From Bacillota bacterium (GTDB taxonomy: Bacteria; Bacillota; Clostridia; Christensenellales; CAG-138), in the NCBI GenBank assembly GCA_023390655.1, contig JAEWCL010000026.1, forward strand, positions 60,763 to 124,762: 64,000 nucleotides of DNA. Direction: 5' to 3'. The position numbers were made by a program, and so were the translations under genes. Under the pieces are notes generated by a model. That model did no database searches, was not told where the DNA came from, and worked only from the letters and a program-made list of their open reading frames with translations. Numbering within the stretch: position 1 is the stretch's first letter; every line of letters begins with the position of its first letter. Of the stretch, positions 1-9,251 are shown in pieces.

Positions 1-454
1 CCAGCAGCATGGGTAATAGCCCTTTGATGAAATTCTTCATCAGATGCTGGCGGTTGGACATAAACGCGCTCATGTAGATCATCATGCCGAACTTTGCAAC
101 CTCGGAAGGCTGAATGCTCTGCCCGGCGATAGAAAGCCAGCGCTTCCCGCCATTGTATTCGCTGCCAAACAGCAGCACCGCAACGAGCAATATGACGCAG
201 ACAAGCAAAATAGGCGTCTTGAGCTTATCGAGCACGTGGTAATCGACCCTTGTCAGCAGCAGCATTACCGGGATAGCCAGCACAAGATAAATCGCCTGTT
301 TGCGCACATAGTAGAGTGAATCGCCGATTTTTTCCTGCGCGGAGTAATAGCTTGCGGAGAATACCATCACCAAACCGATGGCGCACAACATAAGCACCAC
401 AATCAGGATGCCAAAATCCATGCGTCCTGCCTTTGCTTTTTTGTTGCGTTCCAT
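1..454 (-). CDS. ftsW: FtsW/SpoVE-family SEDS protein, N-terminal part (gene runs off the window start)
   Basis: Absent from the ORF track because it has no stop inside the window. Manual reverse translation from the ATG at 454-452 gives MERNKKAKAGRMDFGILIVVLMLCAIGLVMVFSASYY...SIQPSEVAKFGMMIYMS. It is multi-TM and carries the QPSE(F/V)AK-type motif. It lies directly downstream of murD, as in dcw clusters. Confidence 0.8.
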   Translation of the reverse strand, partial: MERNKKAKAGRMDFGILIVVLMLCAIGLVMVFSASYYSAQEKIGDSLYYVRKQAIYLVLAIPVMLLLTRVDYHVLDKLKTPILLVCVILLVAVLLFGSEYNGGKRWLSIAGQSIQPSEVAKFGMMIYMSAFMSNRQHLMKNFIKGLLPMLL

Positions 455-578
455 ACCCGGTCGGCTTCCTCCCTGCCCTGATACCAATTTAAAATTGGTA
501 TCAACCCCTGCGCCCTGTGGCAATGCCGCCTTTCATCCTATGCGGGCGGACGCCCCAATTATTCCTGTTTCCCCTCGC

Positions 579-1925
579 TCATGCGGGGTAAGCCGCCACG
601 ATCTCCTTAAATACGCGCCCGCGCTGTTCAAAATTTTCAAACATGCCCCAGCTTGCGCACGCCGGGGAAAGCAGCACCGTATCGCCGGGAACGGCAAGCG
701 CCCGCGCCATATTGACCGCCTCTTCAAACCCGCCCGTGCAGTGAAGGATGTTGGAAAAGCCCGCGCGCTTCGCGGTGTCAAGCAGCTTTCCCGCCGTCTG
801 GCCCAGGGCGACAGCGCCCTTCACCCGGCTTTTTATGATCACGGAAAACAGTTCGTCAAACGAGCTATGCTTGTCATACCCCCCCAGCAGCAGCACCGTG
901 GGCCGGTCCATCGCGCAGACCGCCTTGATCGTACTGTCCGGATTGGTGCCCTTGCTGTCGTTGATGTAACGGATGCCGCCGCGCTCGCACACAAACTCAA
1001 TGCGGTGCTCAACGCCCGGGAACGTCATCAGCGTCTCACGGATCACTTCGGGCGCAACATCCCTTGTAAGCGCAATCGCCGCGCACAGCATGGCGTTCTC
1101 CAGATTATGCGCACCGGGAATGCGGATTTCACCCGTCTTACACAGCACGCCCGTTTTACCGCCGAACCGGTAGCGCACTTCCTCTCCCAGGGAATAGACG
1201 CCTTCTGGCACTTCCTCCCTGCGCGAAAAATAAAGCTTGCGCGCAGGAGTCCTATCCGCCATCGCGCGGACAACGGGATCATCATAATTGAGTACCGCAA
1301 AATCATCGGCGGTCTGGTTCTCAAAGATTTTACACTTTGCGGCGATGTAGTTTTCCATCGTCAAAAAGCGGTCCAGATGGTCCTCCGTAATGTTGCAGAC
1401 CGCGGCGGTCTTTGCGTGGAAGAACCTGTTTGCTTCGAGCTGCAGGGCTGCCGTTTCCGCAACGATCACATCCCCGTCCCGCGTTTCAAGCGCACACTGC
1501 GTAATAGGCGTGCCGATGTTGCCCAGCACAAAGGTGTGCCTGCCTGCGTTCTTGAACAGCTCCCCGGTCAGCGCCGTACAGGTCGTTTTTCCATTCGTGC
1601 CGGTGATGCAAAGAAACTCGCCTTTCGCATACCGCCAGCCGAGCTCGATCTCGCTGATGACCTCGATCCCCGCGCCCCGCGCCTTCTTTACAAAGGGCTG
1701 AAACAAGGAGACCCCCGGGCTTACCACCACGAGATCCACGCCCGAAAGATATTCTAGAGGGTCTTTGCCCAGCGCATCGCTGTACTGGACGCCATCAAAC
1801 GCTGTCCCAAGCTCCGGAACTTCCTTGCGCGTATCGTTTAGGATCAGGTGCCACCCCTGGGAAGCAAGCAGCTGTGCACTTGCGATGCCGGAGCGCGCCA
1901 TGCCGACGATCAGTGCGGTTTTCAT
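579..1925 (-). CDS. murD: UDP-N-acetylmuramoylalanine--D-glutamate ligase
   Basis: 448-aa ORF. N-terminal Rossmann segment MKTALIVGMARSGIASAQLL, Mur ligase P-loop GTNGKTT, and dcw context. Confidence 0.9.
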   Translation of the reverse strand: MKTALIVGMARSGIASAQLLASQGWHLILNDTRKEVPELGTAFDGVQYSDALGKDPLEYLSGVDLVVVSPGVSLFQPFVKKARGAGIEVISEIELGWRYAKGEFLCITGTNGKTTCTALTGELFKNAGRHTFVLGNIGTPITQCALETRDGDVIVAETAALQLEANRFFHAKTAAVCNITEDHLDRFLTMENYIAAKCKIFENQTADDFAVLNYDDPVVRAMADRTPARKLYFSRREEVPEGVYSLGEEVRYRFGGKTGVLCKTGEIRIPGAHNLENAMLCAAIALTRDVAPEVIRETLMTFPGVEHRIEFVCERGGIRYINDSKGTNPDSTIKAVCAMDRPTVLLLGGYDKHSSFDELFSVIIKSRVKGAVALGQTAGKLLDTAKRAGFSNILHCTGGFEEAVNMARALAVPGDTVLLSPACASWGMFENFEQRGRVFKEIVAAYPA

Positions 1926-2124
1926 GGTATTCCATCCCCTTCAAACCCAAATTACAAACGTCCCATGGACGATTTTCTTGTTTAAAAAAAGCCGTCCGGG
2001 CGGCAGATGCTTGAGGCAACAGAGCCGCCTCTTTCCCTCAAACATCCGTCAGTCCCTCCGCTACGCCAAGCGCCAACTAAAAACGCAGCATCCCGAGACC
2101 CGCCCAGAACGGCAAACAGTCGAT

Positions 2125-3123
2125 TTACACGTATGCCAAAAGGCAAACAAGGCACAACACCGAAGTCACTATCATATACATCGAAACAATTTTGGTTTCC
2201 GGTATCCCCATTAATTCAAAATGATGATGCAGCGGCGCCATTTTGAACACGCGCTTCTTGCGCAGCTTGTACGAGCCGACCTGCAGCACCACGCTGATGG
2301 CGGAAGCCATGAAACAGCCGCCCATAATGGGAAGCAGCAGCACACCACGGTTGAAAAGCGCCATCATTGTGATGGCCCCACCCAACGCCATGGACCCGGT
2401 ATCCCCCATGAATACCCGCGCGGGGTAGGTGTTGAAGCGCAAGAACCCGAGACACGCCCCCGCGACAGCGGCGGAGAACACCGCCATGCCATTGAGGTTC
2501 GCGCTGTAGCCGATCTGCCCGTTATCGAGCGCCGTGACCGACAGCAGCGTAAAGATCAGCGCCATCGCCACCGCATAAATCATGGTGACGCCCGAAGCCA
2601 GTCCATCCAAACCGTCCGTCAGGTTGACGGCGTTGACCTCGGCGATGATGACGAACATCACAAACGGGATGTACCAGATGCCAAGGTTCCACTCCGTCCC
2701 GGTAAAGGGAATGACGATCGTGGGGCCAAGAAACGGATTATTGTAGGCGGTCAGCGCCACGATGAACGCAAACACCAGCTGCGCGATGATCTTCTGGTAA
2801 GCGCTCAGCCCCAAAGAGCGTTTGCGCTTGACCTTGATAAAATCGTCTAAGAATCCGACAAGTCCGAATGCGAATGTCGTGAGCAGCGAGGGGAGCACAA
2901 ACTCCAGCCCCGCCATGGAAAACGTCAGGGTTCCGGCTAAGATTCCCGCCAATATCACAAGGCCGCCCATCGTAGGGGTGCCGGACTTTACAAGATGGGT
3001 CTGCGGCCCGTCGTCCCGCTCTGTCTGGCCGAATTTGAGCCGCTTGAGCATGGGGATCGCAATTGGCCCCAATATCAGAGTTACTAAAAAACTGAGCAGT
3101 AATGCCAGTATCAGCTGTTGCAT
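2125..3123 (-). CDS. mraY: phospho-N-acetylmuramoyl-pentapeptide transferase
   Basis: 332-aa polytopic membrane ORF with MraY-typical strings (PTMGG, NAVNLTDGLDGLA, MGDTGS, APLHHHFE). Confidence 0.92.
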   Translation of the reverse strand: MQQLILALLLSFLVTLILGPIAIPMLKRLKFGQTERDDGPQTHLVKSGTPTMGGLVILAGILAGTLTFSMAGLEFVLPSLLTTFAFGLVGFLDDFIKVKRKRSLGLSAYQKIIAQLVFAFIVALTAYNNPFLGPTIVIPFTGTEWNLGIWYIPFVMFVIIAEVNAVNLTDGLDGLASGVTMIYAVAMALIFTLLSVTALDNGQIGYSANLNGMAVFSAAVAGACLGFLRFNTYPARVFMGDTGSMALGGAITMMALFNRGVLLLPIMGGCFMASAISVVLQVGSYKLRKKRVFKMAPLHHHFELMGIPETKIVSMYMIVTSVLCLVCLLAYV

Positions 3124-3160
3124 TTGATCCTCCGGTTTGCTTTGGTGCGCACGGCGTTAT

Positions 3161-4603
3161 TCAACGGTCCAATTCTTTAAGCAGCTCCATGACGGCTTCC
3201 TTATCGTCAAAGTGATGCTTTACGCCGTTGATTTCCTGATAGTTTTCATGGCCCTTGCCCGCAACGACGATCACATCGTCTTTTCTTGCGTTTTTGAGCG
3301 CATGCAGGATTGCCTCGCGCCGCTGTTCAATTGTGATGTATGCGCAACCGGATTTCTTGACGCCTTCTTCAATGGCCGCAAGTATCTCAAACGGATCCTC
3401 CGAGCGCGGATTGTCGCTGGTGACGACCAGGCGGTCGGAATACCGTCCCGCAACTTCGCCCATAATGGGACGCTTTGCGCGGTCCCTGTCCCCGCCGCAG
3501 CCAAACACGGTAATGATTCTTCCCTTTGCAAAGCCGCGCACGGTCTTCAATACATTTTCAAGCGCGTCGGGCGTATGCGCATAGTCCACAAATACCGAAA
3601 ACCCGAGGTTGCCGGTATCGAGCGGCTCCAGCCGCCCGGAAACGCTCTGCATGTCCTCAAGGCCGGCCTTGATATGCTCCATGGTTATTCCAAGGCTCAA
3701 TGCAACCGCAACCGCGCCCATTGCGTTAAATACACTGAAGAGACCCGGAATGGGCACGTTGATGCGGGTAATGCCGCCGGGGAACCTGAGGTCAAACTGT
3801 ACGCCGCGTGTGGTGATATCAATCTCGCTCGCGCACACGTCCGCACGCTCACGGATGCCGAATGTCGTGACGGGCAGCGTCGGCCCTTCCATCAGTTTGC
3901 CCGCATAGGGGTCGTCTATATTGATCACACCGTGCCTGCTCTGAAAAAAGAGTTTTTTCTTTGCGGCAAGATAGTTTTCAAATGTCTTGTGGTAGTCAAG
4001 ATGGTCCTGCGTCAGGTTGGTGAATTCCGCCACGTCGAACATCAGGCCGTGGACACGGTTCTGGTCGAGCGAATGGGAGGAGACCTCCATGACGACGATT
4101 TCCACGCCCTCGTCCTTCATTTCCCCAAGGAGGCGGTAAAGGTCCACCGATTCTGGCGTGGTGCGCTCCGTTTCGATGATGCGCGCGCCGATCATATTCC
4201 GGATGGTGCCGATCAGCCCCACCTGTTTTCCGGCATGTTCGGCAATGGCTTTTACCATATACGTGGTCGTCGTCTTACCGTTGGTGCCCGTGATGCCCAC
4301 AAGGCGCATCTCGCGCTCCGGATGCCCGTAGAATTCCGCCGCCATCTCCGCCATGGCGATGCGGGAGTTTTTGACGATCACCTGGGGCACGTCTAACGGC
4401 AGCTCCCGTTCACACAGGATTGCGGAAGCCCCTGCTTCCACAGCCATCGCCGCATATTCATGCCCGTCCGAAAATGTGCCCACGATACAGCAGAAAAGGC
4501 TGCCGGGCTTCACTTTCCTGGAGTCATATTGCAACATGTCAATGTCAATATCCGCCCCAATCAGGCGGTGCTCAAAACTTTGGCATAGTTTTGAAAGCAA
4601 CAT
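3161..4603 (-). CDS. murE: UDP-N-acetylmuramoyl-L-alanyl-D-glutamate--2,6-diaminopimelate ligase
   Basis: 480-aa ORF with Mur ligase P-loop GTNGKTTT. The DNPR motif (VVTSDNPRSEDP) is associated with meso-DAP-specific MurE. Confidence 0.9.
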   Translation of the reverse strand: MLLSKLCQSFEHRLIGADIDIDMLQYDSRKVKPGSLFCCIVGTFSDGHEYAAMAVEAGASAILCERELPLDVPQVIVKNSRIAMAEMAAEFYGHPEREMRLVGITGTNGKTTTTYMVKAIAEHAGKQVGLIGTIRNMIGARIIETERTTPESVDLYRLLGEMKDEGVEIVVMEVSSHSLDQNRVHGLMFDVAEFTNLTQDHLDYHKTFENYLAAKKKLFFQSRHGVINIDDPYAGKLMEGPTLPVTTFGIRERADVCASEIDITTRGVQFDLRFPGGITRINVPIPGLFSVFNAMGAVAVALSLGITMEHIKAGLEDMQSVSGRLEPLDTGNLGFSVFVDYAHTPDALENVLKTVRGFAKGRIITVFGCGGDRDRAKRPIMGEVAGRYSDRLVVTSDNPRSEDPFEILAAIEEGVKKSGCAYITIEQRREAILHALKNARKDDVIVVAGKGHENYQEINGVKHHFDDKEAVMELLKELDR

Positions 4604-4733
4604 TGTCGTTCTCCTTTACCATCCTGCTCATACTTACGGCAGTTAATGTGGGCTTGTGCTATCGCTGTCCAACTTATTCACCGAAAGGCGCATAAGTTTG
4701 GCTGCTGTCAAAACAGCGCGCACAGCCTCACTC

Positions 4734-4763
4734 AGTATACCACAACGATTATTTGCATGTCCA
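4734..4763 (-). promoter_or_regulatory. putative internal sigma-A-type promoter upstream of murE (TGGACA-18-TATACT with TG extension)
   Basis: On the minus strand, TGGACA (4763-4758) is followed by an 18-nt spacer ending in TGG, then TATACT (4739-4734). It sits in the 218-nt gap between the PBP stop and the murE start. Confidence 0.35.
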
Positions 4764-4821
4764 TTTCAAGGGTTTCTTCGCGGTTTTTCGATTCCGAATC
4801 CACTATTTGGCAGGGACGCTC

Positions 4822-6945
4822 TTATTCCTCCACCTGGGAAAACTCTACCGTCACGCTCTGCCCAAAAGCGAGGGTCTCGCCTGCCGCGGGCTTCTGGCGT
4901 ATCGCCTTGCCGCTTTGATCCTCAGGCTCGATGCGAAGCGACAGGCCGATTGCCGTCAGCGCGTCATAGGCCTGGATGCGCGTCATGCCGGAAAGGTCAG
5001 GCACCGTTACAAGATCTTCCGTGCCGCCGTTGTCGGCGTCCTCCGTGGTGTTTTCGGTATAAAGGAGCACGCCGCTGCCCTTTGCAACAACCTCTCCCGC
5101 GTAGGGTACCTGGGAAGTCACCGCGATATTTTCCTCGCCCGCGGTATAATCATAGGCAAGGCCTTTTTCCATCAGGATTGCAGCTGCTTCCTTGGCGGAT
5201 TTACCGACAACATCGGGCACCGTCACAGTTTCCGCCTGCGTGCTCGGCTTGACGCCGTAGTGCATGAGCGTATCCTGCAGCACATCCTTTACAAAGGGCG
5301 CCGCCACGGTGCTCCCGAAGATTACGCCCACCTTGGGTTCGTCAACGAGGATTAGGCACAGGTACTTGGGGTCATCCGCCGGCGCAAAGCCGATAAAGGA
5401 AGCGATGAGGCTGCCCGAGGATACTTTGCCGTCCACATATTTTTGCGCGGTGCCCGTCTTTCCGCCCACGCGGTAGCCGGGAATCTGCGCGTTTCTGCCG
5501 CTGCCTTCCGCCACGACGCTCTCTAAGATAGACCGCACGGTAGCGGAGGTTTCCTCTGAAATCACGCGCCGCACAACGGTCGGCTGGTTCTCCTTGATGA
5601 TTCCGCCATTCGCGCCGATAACCTGCTTGACGATATACGGCTGCATCAGCTCCCCGCCGTTGATGGCGGCTGCCACCGCCGAAGCAAGCTGCATAGGCGT
5701 CACCGCAATGCTCTGCCCAAAGCCGATACGCGCGGTATTGTTTTCCCGGATATATTTTTCATGGATCACGATGCCGCCGCTCTCACCCGTCAGCCCGCTT
5801 TCCGTGGAAGACCCAAAGCCAAATTTATAAATATAATCGTAAAACGTCTCCTTCCCCATTGCGAGCGCCATCGTCATGAACGCGGGGTTGCAGGAGTTTT
5901 GTACGGCCTTTGTCAATGTCTGGTGCCCGTGGCTGTTCTTCCAGCACTTGATGCGCTCGCCGTTGACTTCCTTGAAGCCCGGGCAGTTGAACTCTGTCGA
6001 GGTTGTGATGGCCCCGGAATCGAGCGCCGAAGAAAGCGTTACGATCTTGAATGTGGAGCCGGGCTCATACGCGTCCGTCACCACGCGGTTCTTCACAAGC
6101 GCCTGCAGCGTTTCAAGATCGTTGCGCGGGGGCGCGTTGGGGTCGTAATCGGGCTTTGTGGAAACCGCAAGGATTTCCCCCGTCTGTACGTCGAGCAGAA
6201 TGCCCTGCGCGTTTTTCGCCTTATTGACGGTCAACGCTTCCTGAAGAGCCTTTTCTAAAAACGACTGCACGACGGAATCTGTCGTCAGTACCAGTTTGCA
6301 GCCATTGATCGGCTCGATGTATTCCTGCGTTCCGTAGGGGAGCGGCTTATTGTCGCGGTCGGTTTCGGTAATGAGCCTGCCCGGCTCCCCCGCAAGGTAC
6401 TTGTTGTAGCTTCTTTCCAGACCTTCCTGCCCAACGCCGTCGATGGTGGTAAACCCAAGCGTCTGGGAAAGCATGTTCCCCAAAGGATAATAGCGCTTTG
6501 TATCCACGCTGAACGTGATGCCGCGCAGCTGAAGCGCGATGAGCTGATCGATTTTTTCGCGTTCTACCTGCCGCTTTAAAATAATCTGCTGCTTTTTCGT
6601 ATCGCTTACGCGGGCAAGCGTTACTTCATAATTGAGCTCCAACACTTCAGAAAGCTCAGTCGCTATGCGCTTGCACTCCGTGGGCGGAACCTGTTTGGGG
6701 TTGACCTCCACCTGGTACGCCGTGCCGCTCTGCGCGAGGATTTGACCGTCCCGGTCCATAATCACGCCGCGCTCGGCGGAAAGGCTCGTATCCATCGTCC
6801 ATTGCAGCAACGCCTTTTCCTGCAGCTCCGGTCCCCAGATCACCTGCACATAAAAGAGCCTCCCCAGCAGGGCGAAAAACAAAAGGCCCACCAATATGAG
6901 CATGTGAAACAGTCTCTTCTTGTTTGCGGTATCCGGTGCGCTCAT
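4822..6945 (-). CDS. class B penicillin-binding protein (PBP2B/SpoVD-like transpeptidase) with two C-terminal PASTA repeats
   Basis: 707 aa with an N-terminal TM helix. Active-site motifs are STFK, SCN and KTGT. The C-terminus has two PASTA-like repeats (VTVPDVVGKSAKEAAAILMEKGL and VTVPDLSGMTRIQAYDALTAIGL). Confidence 0.88.
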   Translation of the reverse strand: MSAPDTANKKRLFHMLILVGLLFFALLGRLFYVQVIWGPELQEKALLQWTMDTSLSAERGVIMDRDGQILAQSGTAYQVEVNPKQVPPTECKRIATELSEVLELNYEVTLARVSDTKKQQIILKRQVEREKIDQLIALQLRGITFSVDTKRYYPLGNMLSQTLGFTTIDGVGQEGLERSYNKYLAGEPGRLITETDRDNKPLPYGTQEYIEPINGCKLVLTTDSVVQSFLEKALQEALTVNKAKNAQGILLDVQTGEILAVSTKPDYDPNAPPRNDLETLQALVKNRVVTDAYEPGSTFKIVTLSSALDSGAITTSTEFNCPGFKEVNGERIKCWKNSHGHQTLTKAVQNSCNPAFMTMALAMGKETFYDYIYKFGFGSSTESGLTGESGGIVIHEKYIRENNTARIGFGQSIAVTPMQLASAVAAAINGGELMQPYIVKQVIGANGGIIKENQPTVVRRVISEETSATVRSILESVVAEGSGRNAQIPGYRVGGKTGTAQKYVDGKVSSGSLIASFIGFAPADDPKYLCLILVDEPKVGVIFGSTVAAPFVKDVLQDTLMHYGVKPSTQAETVTVPDVVGKSAKEAAAILMEKGLAYDYTAGEENIAVTSQVPYAGEVVAKGSGVLLYTENTTEDADNGGTEDLVTVPDLSGMTRIQAYDALTAIGLSLRIEPEDQSGKAIRQKPAAGETLAFGQSVTVEFSQVEE

Positions 6946-7008
6946 GCGTGCTCCCCCCGTTCGAGTAAAAGGCCCGCGGCGGTCTCACGCGCGCGGCCTC
7001 CTTGCGCG

Positions 7009-7518
7009 CTACGCCCCTTCCGCAGTCCCATTGTTTGCTTCCGCAGCATTGCCGGCACCGGCAACCGCAGGAAGCGCGTCCCCTACGCGCACATATTGAT
7101 CCGCCTTGGGGTATGTCATATTAAGCCGCGCTGCCGCGTCCTGTACATTCTGTATGCTGACCGCACACTCAAGCTCCACATTGAGCGTACGCACGCGAAG
7201 CTGCGTTTCCTCAATCTTCGTTTTCAGGTCGTTCACCGCAAGATATTCACCTGCAATGCGCGAATAGCGGGATACCACAAACAGACAGGCCGCCGCGACC
7301 GTTGCAATGCCGAACAGCATCGCCGCCCTGCAGCCAATGCTCAACGTGGGACGCTGCTTGGGGCGGGGCGCTTTTTTCGGCTGCGGGGCGGGCGCGTACG
7401 GCTGCTCTACGGGCGCTACCGCAGGCGCATAGGCGTATGCGTTTGCGCCGCGCGTTGGCGAATACACCCGTGATGCCGAATATGCCGCCTGTGTTTGCCT
7501 CTTTCCCGCTACTTCCAT
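7009..7518 (-). CDS. ftsL: FtsL-like cell division protein (single TM plus coiled segment)
   Basis: 169 aa. A Pro/Ala-rich N-terminus precedes one TM (AAMLFGIATVAAACLFVV) and a short heptad region. It lies between rsmH and the PBP gene. Confidence 0.65.
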   Translation of the reverse strand: MEVAGKRQTQAAYSASRVYSPTRGANAYAYAPAVAPVEQPYAPAPQPKKAPRPKQRPTLSIGCRAAMLFGIATVAAACLFVVSRYSRIAGEYLAVNDLKTKIEETQLRVRTLNVELECAVSIQNVQDAAARLNMTYPKADQYVRVGDALPAVAGAGNAAEANNGTAEGA

Positions 7519-7551
7519 GGTATTCCCTTTCCTGTTCGTGCATGCCGCCGA

Positions 7552-8487
7552 TTATCGCTTTTCTATGGCACGTAGCTTGGCGCTGCGCGATCTTGCATTT
7601 TCTTTGAGCTCTTCTTCCCCTGCTACAACCGGTTTCCTTGTCAAAATCCGCACAACAGGTTTCTTATTGCAGGTGCAGATTGGCGCTTTGGGCGGACAGG
7701 TGCATGGGTTTTCGAGCGTTTTAAACGCCTGCTTCGCAATCCTGTCCTCAAGCGAGTGGAAGGTAATCACACAAAGCCTTCCGCCGGGGTTCAAGAGTTC
7801 CACCGCGTCATTGAGGGCTTTCTCAAGCCCTTCAAGCTCTGCGTTCACTTCGATGCGGATGGCCTGGAATGCGCGCCGCGCGGGGTGCTGGCCTTCCCAG
7901 CGGTTTTGGGCCGGGGTCGCCATCCTGACAATCTCCGCAAGCTGGGTGGTGGATGTAATGGGTGCTTTTTGCCGTTCACGCACGATGGCGTTTGCAATGC
8001 GCATTGCATAGCGCTCTTCCCCGTATTCCCGGAGGATCATCGCAATACGCTCGGCCGGGTAGGTGTTGACCACATCGTATGCCGATAAACCTGCCGTTTC
8101 ATCCATGCGCATGTCGAGCGGCGCCTCGTTGTGGTAGGAGAACCCGCGCTCCGGCGCATCGAGCTGGTGTGAGGACACCCCAAGGTCCATCAGGATGCCG
8201 TCCGCTTTTTCAATCCCCTGCTCTTTTAACAGCCGCGTCATGTCAAAGAAATTGCCGCGCAATGCAGAGAATCTGTCCCCAAATGGGGAAAGACGCCTGG
8301 AAGCCTCCGCAATTGCTTCCCCGTCCCGGTCAATGCCAAAGAGCCTGCTTCCGGAAGGGAGTGCTTTGAGCACCGCTTCCGCATGCCCGCCGCCGCCGAG
8401 TGTTCCGTCCACAAATATGCCACCGCGCTCGGGCGCAAGCAGGGAAAGGACTTCTTCCACCATAATGGGCGCGTGGTATTCGCTCAT
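7552..8487 (-). CDS. rsmH: 16S rRNA (cytosine1402-N4)-methyltransferase
   Basis: The ORF track starts at 8574, but I place the start at the ATG at 8487-8485 (MSEYHAPIMVEEV...). That ATG overlaps the mraZ stop as ATGA. SAM motif DGTLGGGGH. Confidence 0.88.
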   Translation of the reverse strand: MSEYHAPIMVEEVLSLLAPERGGIFVDGTLGGGGHAEAVLKALPSGSRLFGIDRDGEAIAEASRRLSPFGDRFSALRGNFFDMTRLLKEQGIEKADGILMDLGVSSHQLDAPERGFSYHNEAPLDMRMDETAGLSAYDVVNTYPAERIAMILREYGEERYAMRIANAIVRERQKAPITSTTQLAEIVRMATPAQNRWEGQHPARRAFQAIRIEVNAELEGLEKALNDAVELLNPGGRLCVITFHSLEDRIAKQAFKTLENPCTCPPKAPICTCNKKPVVRILTRKPVVAGEEELKENARSRSAKLRAIEKR

Positions 8488-8930
8488 ATGCCCATCTCCA
8501 GCAAGCGGCGCAGCGCCGATTGATATTCCGCGCTGATGCCGGTATTGTGTTTCTCCCACGCACCGGGAGACCAAAGTTCAATGCGACCGCCCATACCGAC
8601 GAGCACCGCCTCTTTGTCAAGTTTTGCATATTCCCGAAGCGCGTTCGGGATCAGGATGCGGCCCTGCTTGTCCAGTTCGCACTCGGCCGCGTTTGCAAAC
8701 ATCATACGGCGGAACGCCTGGGCCATAACGTCCGACTCCGGCAGGGTGGAAAAGCGTGTGGCAAACTCTTTCCAGCCCTGTTCCGACATGCCGAACAGGC
8801 AGGTGATGTCGTCCGTACCCAGTATGCCGTGTGTCAATATGATGGATTCTCCAAGATCGCTCCGCCATTTGGCGGGGATAAAGACGCGGCTTTTCGGATC
8901 AATGCCATGAACAGCAGAGCCTATGAGCAT
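8484..8930 (-). CDS. mraZ: transcriptional regulator MraZ
   Basis: 148 aa with duplicated SpoVT/AbrB-like halves (GIDPKSRVFIPAKWR and LDKQGRILIPNALREYA). It is the first gene of the dcw cluster, with an AAGGAGG RBS upstream. Confidence 0.9.
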   Translation of the reverse strand: MLIGSAVHGIDPKSRVFIPAKWRSDLGESIILTHGILGTDDITCLFGMSEQGWKEFATRFSTLPESDVMAQAFRRMMFANAAECELDKQGRILIPNALREYAKLDKEAVLVGMGGRIELWSPGAWEKHNTGISAEYQSALRRLLEMGI

Positions 8931-8972
8931 GTCCAGCCGCCTCCTTTTCGAGCTATTGGAATGGCTTTTACG

Positions 8973-9026
8973 CCACCCTGTATAGTATTATCGTAATTAT
9001 AGCACCACTTCAATACACTTACCACC
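8973..9026 (-). promoter_or_regulatory. putative mraZ/dcw promoter (extended -10 TGCTATAAT) flanked by three GGTGG-type boxes (possible MraZ sites)
   Basis: The minus strand reads AATGGTGGTAAGTGTATTGAAGTGGTGCTATAATTACGATAATACTATACAGGGTGGCG. TATAAT is at 9001-8996 and TG at 9004-9003. GTGG-containing boxes lie at 9026-9021, 9008-9003 and 8977-8973. Confidence 0.4.
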
Positions 9027-9104
9027 ATTTTTATGGTTTTTTTATGCCATTTCCTGCGTATTTAACGCATTTTCCCCACATCTGTCCTTATGCGAAACAA
9101 CGCG

Positions 9105-9146
9105 AAAAAAAAGACGCTCCTGCGCCGGTTAGACGGCGGGAGCATC
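9105..9146 (-). terminator. intrinsic terminator downstream of the metallophosphoesterase gene
   Basis: The minus strand reads GATGCTCCCGCCGTCTAACCGGCGCAGGAGCGTC followed by TTTTTTTT. Confidence 0.7.
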
Positions 9147-9251
9147 GTTTCGTCAAATCATGCGGTTGTTCATAAAATTATTGTCGAATGCTGCAAAAGC
9201 CGTGGCATGCTTTTCAGCGCTTTGGGGCACCGGTGCGCGGCCATTTTGCCT

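Noticed and set aside
378-1757. 459-aa ORF on the plus strand across the murD region
   Set aside because: It is exactly antisense to a clearly recognisable murD. The Arg/Ala/Pro-rich low-complexity translation is typical of open antisense frames in high-GC DNA, and it has no motifs.
3137-4396. 419-aa plus-strand ORF
   Set aside because: It is antisense to murE. It has no recognisable domains, and its composition is a mirror-frame artefact.
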